Shown here piece by piece: positions 39,724 through 52,859 of a stretch of DNA of 64,000 bases; position 1 is the stretch's first letter; every line of letters begins with the position of its first letter. A program made the translations under genes and the position numbers. Where the stretch lies: positions 7,732,266-7,796,265 of the forward strand of contig NC_068999.1 in assembly GCF_001194135.2 (NCBI RefSeq). Direction: 5' to 3'. This DNA is from Octopus bimaculoides (Eukaryota). Under the pieces are notes generated by a model. That model ran no database searches and was not told the DNA's origin. It was given only the letters and a program-made list of their open reading frames with translations.

Positions 39724-40603
39724 ATGTGTATGTGTGTGTGTGTTCGTGCGCGCGTGAATGTGTTGCGTGTGTATGTGTTAAAAAACGTGACGAATTAATT
39801 TCGTTTCTCTCGCTATTAACTATAACATCACGTGGTATCTTTAAGGTGTCAAATTTCGTACAGAAATGTCAGATACAAAATAGAATTCGTAGCGAAAATA
39901 CTTATTAAAAAATTAATCCAATTTGTTATAATTTGACGACTAATTTATAGATTATTGGCACTAGATTATAAGATCACACAGTCTGCTAGCCTCTGCAGTA
40001 ATATGACCTGAGGGAAATTCAGGTACTACTTGAAAGAGAAGGAACCGATACTGGAGAGATACTCTCCTTCATTGAAGAAGTTTCACATTGGGATTAATTA
40101 TTGATTAAATTAATTGGCTGTCACTGCATTGGTGATAGCAACATATAGATTTTCTAGTTAAATGGCTGTTTAGAATGTGATGAACAGCCATCGAGGACAC
40201 TAATTTGGATACAGAGCTAAGATGACGGTATAATTGAATAATTGATTAATGTGTCATTCGTTCAAAGTTTTGTTCTGTATTCATTACAATGGGTAGAATC
40301 CAATCTGCAGGTTAACTAAAGATCATGCTTGTTAAATATATCAACAAAATCTCATAAAATTTTCAGTCTAAAATCATCAAATACGGAAAGCTGGATTCCG
40401 ACATTCGATCATATAAAGGAAAGTAATATCTCGACCGACATTATCCTGTTCATCTGAATATACGCGGTGTAGAAAAGTAAACCCGTAAATATATGTCTAG
40501 TATGCTTTTGATTGTTGGTTGCGACGATTCGTTCTTTTGTCCTGGGGTTAAAAAAACAACAACAACGTTCAATGTGGAGATGGTTGATATTTATAATTAA
40601 TCC

Positions 40604-41200
40604 AAGGCGGTGAGCTGGCTGCAGAATCGTTAGCACATCTTGTGCCTAGAGAAGAAAAGAATATATCTCACCTTAAAGGTGAGATATATTCTTTCGTATT
40701 TCGTTACGTTCTGTGTTCAAGTTCCGCCGATGTCGACTTTGCCTTTCACCTCAAACGTGGCGAAAAGCTTAGCGTTATATCGACTGTGTTTACGTTCTGA
40801 GTTCAAATTCCGCAGAGGTCGAGTTTGCCTATTATCCTATTGGGGTCGATTAAATAAGTACCAGTTACGCACTGGGGTCGATGCAATCGATTTAATGCCT
40901 TTGTCTGTCCTTGTTTGCCCCCTCTATGTTTAGCCCTCTGTAAGCAATAAAGAAATAAATATATCTCACCACAAAGGCGGCGAGCTGGCTGAAACGCTAG
41001 CACGCCGGGCGAAATGCTTAGCGGTGTATCGTCTGCGTTTACGTTCTGAGTTCAAATTCGACCGAGGTCCACTTTGCCTTTCATCCTTTTGGGGTCGATA
41101 AATTAAGTACCAGTTGCGCACTCGGGTCCATCTAATCGACTGGCCCCTTCTTCCAAAATCTCAGGCCTTGTGCCTAGAGTAGAAAACAATATATCTCACC
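40604..41200 (+). mobile_element. Nested/tandem cluster of SINE-A pieces punctuated by a recurring AATATATCTCACC motif
   Basis: Head 40604-40636, tail plus palindrome 40641-40694, body pieces 40696-40750 and 40757-40955, and a complete copy 40971-41187 between 13-bp direct repeats. Confidence 0.88.
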
Positions 41201-41831
41201 TTAAGAAGCTACTGGTGATAACACTGAATTAAACCTTTATCCCGAGCTTTTGATGAATTCCGCTGGATATTAATTAAAAACCGATTGTAGAAAATCAAAT
41301 TCATTCAAATGAAACACATACTATTGTATCATTAGTGTGTAGTTCAATAGGTGACCCATCACGATGGTGGTTATAAATATTTAAAATAGGATTCCGAAGA
41401 GTTGTTTACAATCATTTCATCAGATTGAAGATACGCTCAAAAAACAAAAATAACAAAATTCGGATTCGTAGTTTAGCGTTGAGTTTTTCTATTTTTGATA
41501 TTTCATTAGAAATTATTAACACGAAAATAAACCTGATTAAAAGTGAAATAGCCAACGAAAGAGCTATTAAAAGCGCGAGAGTTGTTGAAAAAGGGAAAGA
41601 AATACGATTATATTGAAAATATTGGAAGCTTTGATGTCGATTATGTTAGATTGCTTTATTTCTTAGCGAGTATGAAAACAGATTTCTAAGACATAATTAG
41701 AAAGGAACTCCGTTACAAACATCATGATGTAAACAATCGGTGAACAACTGATGAAGTTTTCTTCAGAAAGTTAGAGACCCCACACATAGACATTGTTTCA
41801 ATTGTTTTACAAGCACACACTGTAACATACA

Positions 41832-41915
<84 letters not shown>

Positions 41916-42849
41916 ATATATATATATATATANNNNNNNNNNNNNNNNNNNNNNNNNNNNNNNNNNNNNNNNNNNNNNNNNNNNNNNNNNNNNNNNNNNN
42001 NNNNNNNNNNNNNNNNNNNNNNNNNNNNNNNNNNNNNNNNNNNNNNNNNNNNNNNNNNNNNNNNNNNNNNNNNNNNNNNNNNNNNNNNNNNNNNNNNNNN
42101 NNNNNNNNNNNNNNNNNNNNNNNNNNNNNNNNNNNNNNNNNNNNNNNNNNNNNNNNNNNNNNNNNNNNNNNNNNNNNNNNNNNNNNNNNNNNNNNNNNNN
42201 NNNNNNNNNNNNNNNNNNNNNNNNNNNNNNNNNNNNNNNNNNNNNNNNNNTAATTATTTAAAGTCCTCCTCCGAAGAAGGAGATGTCTTCTAACAAAGAT
42301 ACAATGGTCCATCGTCGGAAAATAGATAACGAAAACAACGTCACATCACATTTTGAACTTCAGAAAAGTTTTGCATATTTATATCATTCCGCTTACAGAC
42401 TGCATTTGTTGTGTACGAGTTAACTGGTTGATTTCGAATTCTTTGTGAAAGTCCCCATTGATGCAGATTATCACTCAGCCATTTTCTCACAAGACCAAGT
42501 ACATCAATATTTACTGGTATAAATATGAATATATTATCTGTGTATGGAATCTGATGGTTTCAGAAGCACAGGTCATAGCGATTCTCTTTGTCTTTCATTG
42601 TAGAAGACATTGCCATCATTAGGGCCGATCTTCTCTATCCGACTTGTTATGCAAGCATCTATGTATGTATGCATGCATGTATGAGTGGTGTAATCATGGA
42701 TGCATTCATGTATGCATGAATTTATTTATTTACGTATGTGTGCATTTATGTATGTATGTATGTATGTATGTATGTATGTGTATATGTATGTATGAATGCA
42801 TGTTGTATGTATCTATGTAGATTTATATGTTTTGCTTTGTGTATGTATT

Positions 42850-43280
42850 CCCATGCATATAGCTCATCTTTTCATCTGATGATACGCTGCGGTAGAGTCG
42901 TGCAACATCTTTGGGACTGTATTCAAGATTATCAGACAAGAAATGCTACTCAAGAAGCTGCGTTCCAAGTCTCGTGATGTTATCAGCCTGATGCATGCAA
43001 ATTTTGTCGAGGGATGCATTTCTACATTTCATGGTTTAAAAAATGTTTTCAAAAGGATGTGCTACGACATTCAAAGGAAATCTGCATTGATGTTAAGTCT
43101 GTTCCTGCTTGTTTTCGTTTTAGGTAGAAGCGATGTCCGTCACTGTTGATGTGGAAATTATTTATGCTGGTTAATATCTTTCGGGTTTTCACATCAACGA
43201 CTCGGATCTGATCAAGCGTCCAATCAAGTAGGCCAAATGTTGGGATGAGTACTGGCACAGCAAACACATTGTGGGCCACA
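42850..43280 (-). mobile_element. Dong/R4-clade non-LTR retrotransposon remnant (post-RT region)
   Basis: AHNVFAVPVLIPTFGLLDWTLDQIRVVDVKTRKILTSINNFHINSDGHRFYLKRKQAG resembles the R4/Dong motif (..D.KTRK.L.....H..SD..RLY..R..GGRG). Confidence 0.85.
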
Positions 43281-43562
43281 TACATACATACATACATACA
43301 TACATACATACATTTACATATATGTGTGTGCATGCATGTATATATGCATGTATGTATGTAGACGAGTGTTATGTCTCAAGCTACTGCTATCTAGCACCTT
43401 CGGATGATCTCTACTCAACCGCTACACAACTGCTACTCGACTGCTACTCAACACACCTACCACGGCCAGACTACCTCTATTTATATGTCTTGAGTGATCC
43501 TACTTATTCGCCTGGGGGCGTCGACACAACAACGAGCATAGTTCGGCGGAAGGGTTACATCG

Positions 43563-43709
43563 TTTAGGTCGATCCCAGTGTTCAACTGGTACTTTTTTCA
43601 TCGATCCGGAAAGATTGAAAGGCGGAATTTGAACTGCGAACGTAAAGACGAACGAAATGCCGCTAAGCAATTTGCCCGTCGCGTTAACGCTTCTGCCGGC
43701 TCGCCGCCA
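43563..43709 (-). mobile_element. SINE-A with internal deletion
   Basis: GGCGGAATTTGAACT...GCCGCTAAGCAATTTGCCC...CTGCCGGCTCGCCGCC. Confidence 0.85.
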
Positions 43710-43758
43710 TCCACACACATATATAACATACTAAACAACGCGCACGCGTAAACGCACA

Positions 43759-43812
<54 letters not shown>

Positions 43813-44695
43813 NNNNNNNNNNACACACACACGCACACACGCACACACATACACACACGCACACACACACACACACACACACACGCACAGACACAGACAC
43901 AAACACAGACACAAACGCAACACATACATACATACATAAACGCAAACACATATATCGCAAGAGGATAAAAAACCCAAACCAAATCCTTAATACCTGTATT
44001 CCTCTGTGTGTCGAAACATAAAAACTAAATACAACTTAGCATTATTTTCTCTAGAATCCTCTCATAGATGTTCTCTACTAACTCTACTATAATAAAACAA
44101 CGAAAAAAAAAATATCTTCAAACTATATTCGAGTAGTATTAAGGATTACGTATGTAAGCTGTATTGTAGCTTTCTTCAAATACTCCGCAACAAGACGAAA
44201 ATAGAGGCAAAGAAAGTATTAAATTTAAAATTTCTCTTCTAAGCGAGTTTCATGTTATTGCGCGTTTTTTTATACGTTAATACTTGGAAATATGGAATCC
44301 GGTTTTATCTACGGTAAGTATAGATATGCTTACGATGTGTGCGTGTGAGTGTGTATGTGTGTATATGTGTGCGTGTACGTGCGTGTGTGTGTGTGTGTGT
44401 TTGTGTAAAATTATACCTGCATATACTGCAAAGACATCTACCTACCTACCTATCTACCTACATACATACATGCAGACATACCTACATACATACATGCAGA
44501 CATACCTACATACCTACCAACCTACCGACTTAGCTGTCTACCTATGTATCTACATGTATATACACGCTCACATAAATATATGTACTCATGCATACACATG
44601 TGCATGCGTGTTGTGTTTTAATGTATATTCATATATATATGTATTAATATGTATTTATACATATATAAATATATATATTTATTTCTGTGTGTGTG

Positions 44696-44761
<66 letters not shown>

Positions 44762-44779
44762 AAGATAGATGGATGGATG

Positions 44780-44815
<36 letters not shown>

Positions 44816-44889
44816 TAGATGCCTACATACAGCATGCATATAAACATACATATATTTATGTATACACACACATACACATACCCAGGCGA

Positions 44890-45000
44890 GCACGGAAGTG
44901 CAAAACAAGGTGGAAAATATGTTTTTTATTAAAGCTACAAAAGTCTTATAGAACTGTTCGTCAGGGTTCCACGCTTCCGTTCGTCCGACAGTTGTGTAGA
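44890..45000 (-). mobile_element. Possible Penelope-like terminal remnant with degenerate hammerhead-like motif
   Basis: Minus strand: AACUGU CGGACGA ACGGAAGCGUGGAACCCU GACGA ACAGUU, followed by AATAAA about 20 nt downstream. Confidence 0.4.
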
Positions 45001-45033
45001 AAAGCGGAATTTAAATAGTTCTGATATTCGTAA

Positions 45034-45453
45034 TACGAGGTCTCATCAATAAATATCCGGACTGTTGCTATAATAACGAAGCTAAAGCACATAGATTGAG
45101 CTTGAACTCTGCTATGCATGCTAACTAAGTTTTAACGGTCTAGACTATATTAGCTGTTTACAGCAGTGCTTCGAAGGAAGGTGTGTAGCGTGTAATCGTC
45201 GCGTTTCCCATTACAGATAAAGTTGTCATGGTGATAGCTGCTCAGAGGCCCACGCAAAGTTGCAGAGGAGTGTTTAAGCCGCACACAAGCGTCATAGTGG
45301 TTTAGACGTTTCCAAGATGGCCGGAAAAATATCGATATTGACGAACATTCTGGAAGACCCGCAACCAGCAGAGCTGAGAAAAACATCGCAGGTGTGCGTG
45401 CAGCTGTGAGGGGAAATCGTCGAATCACCACCCGTGACTTATCACAGGATGTG
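45034..45453 (+). mobile_element. Mariner 5' half
   Basis: TA + CGAGGTCTCATCAATAAATATCCGGACT TIR; EECLSRTQAS*WFRRFQDGRKNIDIDEHSGRPATSRAEKNIAGVRAAVRGNRRITTRDL; ends at (TA)n. Confidence 0.88.
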
Positions 45454-45675
45454 TATATATATATATATATATACAAACAAATATTGAGAAAAAAGAGACA
45501 GTCAGGATTTTGGATAATCCTGTATTAGCGCTTTCGTTCGTTTTCGAACACGTCGAGACGAAATCAAAACTAAAATGTTAAAAACAGAACGTTTCGTTGT
45601 TCATTTAAATGAATTGGATGTTTATTTGTTTTGTTTAGAAGAGGGTAATATTCTTTTTGCTTTTCTGGAAAAAGG

Positions 45676-45746
<71 letters not shown>

Positions 45747-46472
45747 NNNNNNNNNNNNNNNNNNNNNNNNNNNNNNNNNNNNNNNNNNNNNNNNNNNNNN
45801 NNNNNNNNNNNNNNNNNNNNNNNNNNNNNNNNNNNNNNNNNNNNNNNNNNNNNNNNNNNNNNNNNNNNNNNNNNNNNNNNNNNNNNNNNNNNNNNNNNNN
45901 NNNNNNNNNNNNNNNNNNNNNNNNNNNNNNNNNNNNNNNNNNNNNNNNNNNNNNNNNNNNNNNNNNNNNNNNNNNNNNNNNNNNNNNNNNNNNNNNNNNN
46001 NNNNNNNNNNNNNNNNNNNNNNNNNNNNNNNNNNNNNNNNNNNNNNNNNNNNNNNNNNNNNNNNNNNNNNNNNNNNNNNNNNNNNNNNNNNNNNNNNNNN
46101 NNNNNNNNNNNNNNNNNNNNNNNNNNNNNNNNNNNNNNNNNNNNNNNNNNNNNNNNNNNNNNNNNNNNNNNNNNNNNNNNNNNNNNNNNNNNNNNNNNNN
46201 NNNNNNNNNNNNNNNNNNNNNNNNNNNNNNNNNNNNNNNNNNNNNNNNNNNNNNNNNNNNNNNNNNNNNNNNNNNNNNNNNNNNNNNNNNNNNNNNNNNN
46301 NNNNNNNNNNNNNNNNNNNNNNNNNNNNNNNNNNNNNACACATATATATATATATATATGATCATTTATAGAAATGAGTATCACCTTATTAACTTTTTTG
46401 TTTTTTTTTCGGAAAAAGTGAGAGAAAGAAAAGTAAAGACGGGGGAATAGGTAGGTCGGTAGGTAGGTAGGT

Positions 46473-46503
<31 letters not shown>

Positions 46504-46556
46504 TCAGGAAGAAAGAGAAGAAAAAATAATAATAAAGGATAAGGAAAGGATAGGTT

Positions 46557-46587
<31 letters not shown>

Positions 46588-46984
46588 CTAATGTAGCTAC
46601 TTGACAAAGTAATTCGTGATTCTGACTTTAGTTTCCTAATTTATAAATATTGTGCTAATATTTAATGTTTGTTGATGATAAACATAGGATTACAGAGAAT
46701 GTGGGATTTGACGATACGGTGTAAAAGAATATATATTTTCATAGAACTTTGAACTTTGAACATTTAAAAAAAATTTTAGTGATGATCGCACCCTCCTCGC
46801 TTTTCTTATTTCTCTCATCCTACTCCCTAAAATTGACACCTTTGAAAGGTCACTAGTCTTTATGATAAAATGTGTTTATTTACAAATATGTTGATAGGAA
46901 TACAAGGAAAAAGAAAAAAAGAAAGGAGAAAGAAAAAGAAAAATATTTTGTAATGAAATTTCAATGAAATGACCACACCAAATT

Positions 46985-47086
46985 GAAAATGGTTCACATT
47001 TGGTTGATTAACAATGTAATGGCAACTATTTATTGACCTTTTTCTTTCCTTTAAAAATCGGCATGAACTTTCCGGACAACCCAATA
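46985..47086 (+). mobile_element. Mariner 3' end (…NGSHLVD*, TIR ending TCCGGACAACCCAA-TA)
   Basis: C-terminal NG..LVD* then AATCGGCATGAACTTTCCGGACAACCCAATA. Confidence 0.75.
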
Positions 47087-47322
47087 TCCGCTTTCACTAC
47101 AGTTTCCAGCTCATCATTATCCACTTTGGTTTCAGATCCATCACGGGGCTGATTTTAAAGAGTAAAGCCAAGAGACTGGAACGTCACAAACGATTGACGG
47201 ACAGTACGCTCATTTGCCACATCTTCACCAAACACCTCATTGATGTTTCGAGCTCTCTGAGGTGCATTGGCTCCGCGACGGAGCTCATATTCATAAACAA
47301 CATGAAATATGGATTTATCCAT
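47087..47322 (-). mobile_element. Mariner (cecropia/Hsmar1-like) transposase N-terminus
   Basis: MDKSIFHVVYEYELRRGANAPQRARNINEVFGEDVANERTVRQ...NQPRDGSETKVDNDELETVVKAD. Confidence 0.88.
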
Positions 47323-48984
47323 ATATTCACAAAAATTGATTTACAAGAGAAAATTCACAATATAACCAGGCACCATGAGTTGAATTTTGAAAAGCGATGA
47401 TGTAGGTCTTCATCGTTGTTAGGATAAACGATTAGAGTTTACGATCGTCAAACTTGGTGCATAAGAAAATCGGACATTTCATTCTTCATGACCTGATATA
47501 TCTAACAGCATNNNNNNNNNNNNNNNNNNNNNNNNNNNNNNNNNNNNNNNNNNNNNNNNNNNNNNNNNNNNNNNNNNNNNNNNNNNNNNNNNNNNNNNNN
47601 NNNNNNNNNNNNNNNNNNNNNNNNNNNNNNNNNNNNNNNNNNNNNNNNNNNNNNNNNNNNNNNNNNNNNNNNNNNNNNNNNNNNNNNNNNNNNNNNNNNN
47701 NNNNNNNNNNNNNNNNNNNNNNNNNNNNNNNNNNNNNNNNNNNNNNNNNNNNNNNNNNNNNNNNNNNNNNNNNNNNNNNNNNNNNNNNNNNNNNNNNNNN
47801 NNNNNNNNNNNNNNNNNNNNNNNNNNNNNNNNNNNNNNNNNNNNNNNNNNNNNNNNNNNNNNNNNNNNNNNNNNNNNNNNNNNNNNNNNNNNNNNNNNNN
47901 NNNNNNNNNNNNNNNNNNNNNNNNNNNNNNNNNNNNNNNNNNNNNNNNNNNNNNNNNNNNNNNNNNNNNNNNNNNNNNNNNNNNNNNNNNNNNNNNNNNN
48001 NNNNNNNNNNNNNNATATCAGCGTGTATCTCTAATAGTTTTGTATTAGCAGTATCCAAAACACTTTGGTTAAATTCCCCACCACTGTATTAACGCACGCT
48101 TAACTAAAGAGGAAAAAAAACTGAAAACGAGAGACACAATTATTTTCAATGTTAAACGAAACGAACCGTCTCTTTTGATCTAAGCTCGTATCTCTTGTGA
48201 AGAACACTGAAATAACTAGAATTTCAGAAATTGGTTTTTAGTATACGTAAAGGTCAACGTCCGAAATAAATGCTAAGTTAATGCTGAGAAAAACTTCTTT
48301 CTAATGGCAAGTAAATGATACTGAAAATTCTACTGTTTTTTTTTATCCTCTTTAAATCTAATGAGTTCTAATGTTATCATGTTGAATATTTTTGAGAGAT
48401 TAACTCGTCATACTTATTCCGTGCGTTGACGTCAAACTATTTGTGAAGTTCACGTATATTTTCTCTTTTACTTGTTGCAGACATTGGAATGCAGCCATGC
48501 TGATCCACTGCTTAGGAGGTTTTAGTGGAACAAATCGGCCCCCAGTACTAATTTTTAAACCTAGTGCTTCTTCTGAATTACAACGTTACAAGGACCAAAA
48601 GAAGTCTGTTGTCGAGTAGTGGGTTGCGAGAAGAAAGACACATACATACATGCACACACACTCACACACATATGCACACACACTCACACACACATGCACA
48701 CGCACTCACACATACATGCACACACTTACACGCATACGCACTCACACAACAGGCGTCTTTTAGTTTCTGCCTACCAAATCCACTCACAATGCTTTGGACT
48801 GCCAGGTGACCATAGTAGGAATGTGGGGGTTAAAACTGTGGTGTTGTTCCGGAGAGTTCTGTATTTCACGTAAGGACCATTATCCAGCTCCAGAAACTAA
48901 GTCGGTGGCTTTGGATGTGAACAGTAGAAACAGAGGAAGGCGCTTTCAGACGAGTGACTGTTTATTCCACTTCCTCAGGCGCAC

Positions 48985-49115
48985 TCTCTAGTTACAGCTG
49001 GGTGCATCCGGCGAGACAGAAATTGATATTTGCCATAAGATTCCACGCTGTAGGATCGAACCTACGATCTTTTGGTTTCCAAGCAAAATTCCTAATCACT
49101 CGACCAAACTACTGT
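48985..49115 (-). mobile_element. Old tRNA-derived SINE head of a further family
   Basis: Minus strand: TGGTCGAGTGATTAGG (A box), GGTTCGATCC (B box) and a GCACCCAGCTGTAA core motif. Confidence 0.6.
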
Positions 49116-49564
49116 TCTTGACACAAAGCAGCAATCAAAGGTTTTTTTCCGAAACAGATGATATAGTTCTAGCTGGATTTAATGATATTTGATGATATCT
49201 GCTAAAATAGGATGGGCGTTGGTAGTTGAAAGAACAACAAGAAAGACAACTGCAAAAGCAACAGCAATAAAGGACAACAACTACGCAAGCAATAAAAATC
49301 TAAGTCGCAATTTCCTGGAAAAAAGAAGCAAAAGAGTATTTTAAATATAAATATATAAAGCCCAGAGAAGACAAAAATATACAAGATTTATCTTAATCTA
49401 TAACCAGAGGGCTAATGTAAGTAGAAGCTGTGTTCTTAGGCAATAACGATGTACAAATCTTTGAAAATCACGTTGTCAACGTCTCCATAATCGCCCACAT
49501 TCCTGCAATAATTTCTAAGGCAAATTGACGCGCTATTTTAAAATTGATAAGGAATATACATACA

Positions 49565-49597
<33 letters not shown>

Positions 49598-50326
49598 NNN
49601 NNNNNNNNNNNNNNNNNNNNNNNNNNNNNNNNNNNNNNNNNNNNNNNNNNNNNNNNNNNNNNNNNNNNNNNNNNNNNNNNNNNNNNNNNNNNNNNNNNNN
49701 NNNNNNNNNNNNNNNNNNNNNNNNNNNNNNNNNNNNNNNNNNNNNNNNNNNNNNNNNNNNNNNNNNNNNNNNNNNNNNNNNNNNNNNNNNNNNNNNNNNN
49801 NNNNNNNNNNNNNNNNNNNNNNNNNNNNNNNNNNNNNNNNNNNNNNNNNNNNNNNNNNNNNNNNNNNNNNNNNNNNNNNNNNNNNNNNNNNNNNNNNNNN
49901 NNNNNNNNNNNNNNNNNNNNNNNNNNNNNNNNNNNNNNNNNNNNNNNNNNNNNNNNNNNNNNNNNNNNNNNNNNNNNNNNNNNNNNNNNNNNNNNNNNNN
50001 NNNNNNNNNNNNNNNNNNNNNNNNNNNNNNNNNNNNNNNNNNNNNNNNNNNNNNNNNNNNNNNNNNNNNNNNNNNNNNNNNNNNNNNNNNNNNNNNNNNN
50101 NNNNNNNNNNNNNNNNNNNNNNNNNNNNNNNNNNNNNNNNNNNNNNNNNNNNNNNNNNNNNNNNNNNNNNNNNNNNNNNNNNNTATATATATATATATAT
50201 ATATGTGTGTATATATGTATGCATATATATATAGATACATATGCATATATGTGTGTGTGTGTAATTTTTTATAGATACAGGTATATGCATACGTTTAAAT
50301 ACAAATATAAATGAATAAGAGTTAAG

Positions 50327-50524
50327 ACAACTCTTAGCCACGTGGGATCCCTTATCTAACGACTGACAAGGGAGACAAGCTCTCTCCATCAAGCGAGTTG
50401 GTTTTACAGATAAAGATTAATGAAATCTGAAATCAGCGAAGATATGACTCCATCTTGCTTGTTGTAGTCAGATCGTCTTCCTTGTCAGTCGTTAGATAAG
50501 CGCTCCTACGTGGCTAAGAGTTGT
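50327..50524. mobile_element. Small foldback/MITE-like element with 50-bp inverted arms
   Basis: 50327-50376 matches the reverse complement of 50475-50524 at 46/50, around a 98-bp spacer. No clear TSD. Confidence 0.75.
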
Positions 50525-50551
50525 AACACGTATTTCTAGCAATATGCATGT

Positions 50552-50671
50552 GCTTTGGTCGGCCCGCGGCTATAGTAGAAAACACTTGCCCAAGGTGCCA
50601 CGCAGTGAGAATGAACCCAGAACCATGTGGTTGGGAAGCAAGCTTCTTACCACACAGCCAGGCCTGCGCCT
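50552..50671 (-). mobile_element. SINE-D head (tRNA-derived, CORE-like GGCACCTTGGGCAAGTG); a separate tail piece lies at ~48745-48830
   Basis: Minus strand: TGGCTGTGTGGTAAG (A box), GGGTTCATTCTC (B box-like), GCACCTTGGGCAAGTGTTTTCTACTATAGCC. Confidence 0.85.
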
Positions 50672-51115
50672 ATTTGTAATGAAGTGACACTTCGTTATTT
50701 GTTTCATATCCGTATTTAATTTTCCATATTATTAATCACTTCTTTTAAGCTTAATCTAAAAATAATATGACAATAAAATCAAACAAAATTTTTAGGCAAG
50801 ATTTAATGTCGGAAATATTGGTGCAAGTTCATAAAATATAGTCTACAGTTATTTATGATTCGTTTTTTTCTGAACAAATTAATAAATATAAGATTAAAGA
50901 TCTTCAGAAATATCTAAATTAATTTTACTCGCTTATTATTCATTTCGTTCATGAGCTTCCGGCTAAATTAATAGCAAAACTTAACTAAAAGTAATGTAAA
51001 TATTTGTAAAAAGATATTGAATTAATTGTAATTATAATTTGTATTTTGCATTTGTCGAGGATGGAGGTGGCATTTCAAGTTGCATTTATTCTCAATGCTT
51101 ATGAGTGTACGAAGC

Positions 51116-51170
<55 letters not shown>

Positions 51171-51172
<2 letters not shown>

Positions 51173-51401
51173 ACAAAACACGAGCAAAACAAAAAACTGT
51201 TTTCAGTATTTAAGGAAGCTGACAAATACAAACAAGAAATCAATCTACCTAACAAATACGAAGAAGAAGAAGAAGAAGAAGAAGAAACAACAAAAGCTAT
51301 AAAACAAATGAAATCCAAACTAAAACTAGAACAGCAACGGACCATGATAAAACGATGGCAAGAAAAGCCCCTACATGGTAAATACTGGGCTAAACTAAAT
51401 G
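51171..51401 (+). mobile_element. 5'-truncated Dong/R4-clade LINE starting inside an (AAT)n tract; remainder probably in the 800-N gap
   Basis: Open frame TKHEQNKKLFSVFKEADKYKQE...EEEEEEEETTKAIKQMKSKLK...WQEKPLHGKYW. The W..KPLHG.Y motif is typical just before the zinc knuckle in this clade. Confidence 0.85.
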
Positions 51402-52201
51402 NNNNNNNNNNNNNNNNNNNNNNNNNNNNNNNNNNNNNNNNNNNNNNNNNNNNNNNNNNNNNNNNNNNNNNNNNNNNNNNNNNNNNNNNNNNNNNNNNNN
51501 NNNNNNNNNNNNNNNNNNNNNNNNNNNNNNNNNNNNNNNNNNNNNNNNNNNNNNNNNNNNNNNNNNNNNNNNNNNNNNNNNNNNNNNNNNNNNNNNNNNN
51601 NNNNNNNNNNNNNNNNNNNNNNNNNNNNNNNNNNNNNNNNNNNNNNNNNNNNNNNNNNNNNNNNNNNNNNNNNNNNNNNNNNNNNNNNNNNNNNNNNNNN
51701 NNNNNNNNNNNNNNNNNNNNNNNNNNNNNNNNNNNNNNNNNNNNNNNNNNNNNNNNNNNNNNNNNNNNNNNNNNNNNNNNNNNNNNNNNNNNNNNNNNNN
51801 NNNNNNNNNNNNNNNNNNNNNNNNNNNNNNNNNNNNNNNNNNNNNNNNNNNNNNNNNNNNNNNNNNNNNNNNNNNNNNNNNNNNNNNNNNNNNNNNNNNN
51901 NNNNNNNNNNNNNNNNNNNNNNNNNNNNNNNNNNNNNNNNNNNNNNNNNNNNNNNNNNNNNNNNNNNNNNNNNNNNNNNNNNNNNNNNNNNNNNNNNNNN
52001 NNNNNNNNNNNNNNNNNNNNNNNNNNNNNNNNNNNNNNNNNNNNNNNNNNNNNNNNNNNNNNNNNNNNNNNNNNNNNNNNNNNNNNNNNNNNNNNNNNNN
52101 NNNNNNNNNNNNNNNNNNNNNNNNNNNNNNNNNNNNNNNNNNNNNNNNNNNNNNNNNNNNNNNNNNNNNNNNNNNNNNNNNNNNNNNNNNNNNNNNNNNN
52201 N

Positions 52202-52250
<49 letters not shown>

Positions 52251-52261
52251 TAATAATAATA

Positions 52262-52375
<114 letters not shown>

Positions 52376-52380
52376 GTTAT

Positions 52381-52792
52381 TATAAATTGGGAAAATGATC
52401 TAGACCCAGAGTGCCGATAATGGTAAAGTTTTAACACCTGTAGAATACAAATCAAGATATGACAGAGTTGGCCAATATCTACATTGGATAATGTGTCGGC
52501 ACATTAAAATCAAAACTGCTGACAAATGGTACAAACACAAACCTGGGGCTGTAACTGTGTGGGGAAATGTAACTATTCTTTGGGAGTTCCCAGTATGTAC
52601 AGACTGGACCATCAAGGCAAATAAACCAGATATTGTTGTGAAACACCAAGACAATAAAGTATGTTTATTACTTGACATGAGCATACCCTGTGACTATAAT
52701 ATCTCGGTAAAAGAATTGGATAAGCTCAGGAAATATAAAGATTAGTAAATCGAAATCGAAAAGATGCGGCATCTCAAGATGTGGCATCTCAA
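52381..52792 (+). mobile_element. Dong/R4-clade restriction-like endonuclease domain remnant
   Basis: YKSRYDRVGQYLHWIMCRH...ILWEFPVCTDWTIKANKPDIVV...LLLDMSIPCD...KLRKYKD, a PD..D..KY RLE signature, with stops. Confidence 0.88.
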
Positions 52793-52859
52793 TGATCAAT
52801 AAAGGAACCAGAAGAAAAAAAAAATTCGGGCCTTGTGTCTAGAGTAGAAAAAAATATTT

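Noticed and set aside
41740-41775. ACAACTGATGAAG..GAAA hammerhead-like text (a similar start occurs near 59960)
   Set aside because: No stem II abutting GAAA and no stem III or NUH; the 59960 instance lacks GAAA altogether.
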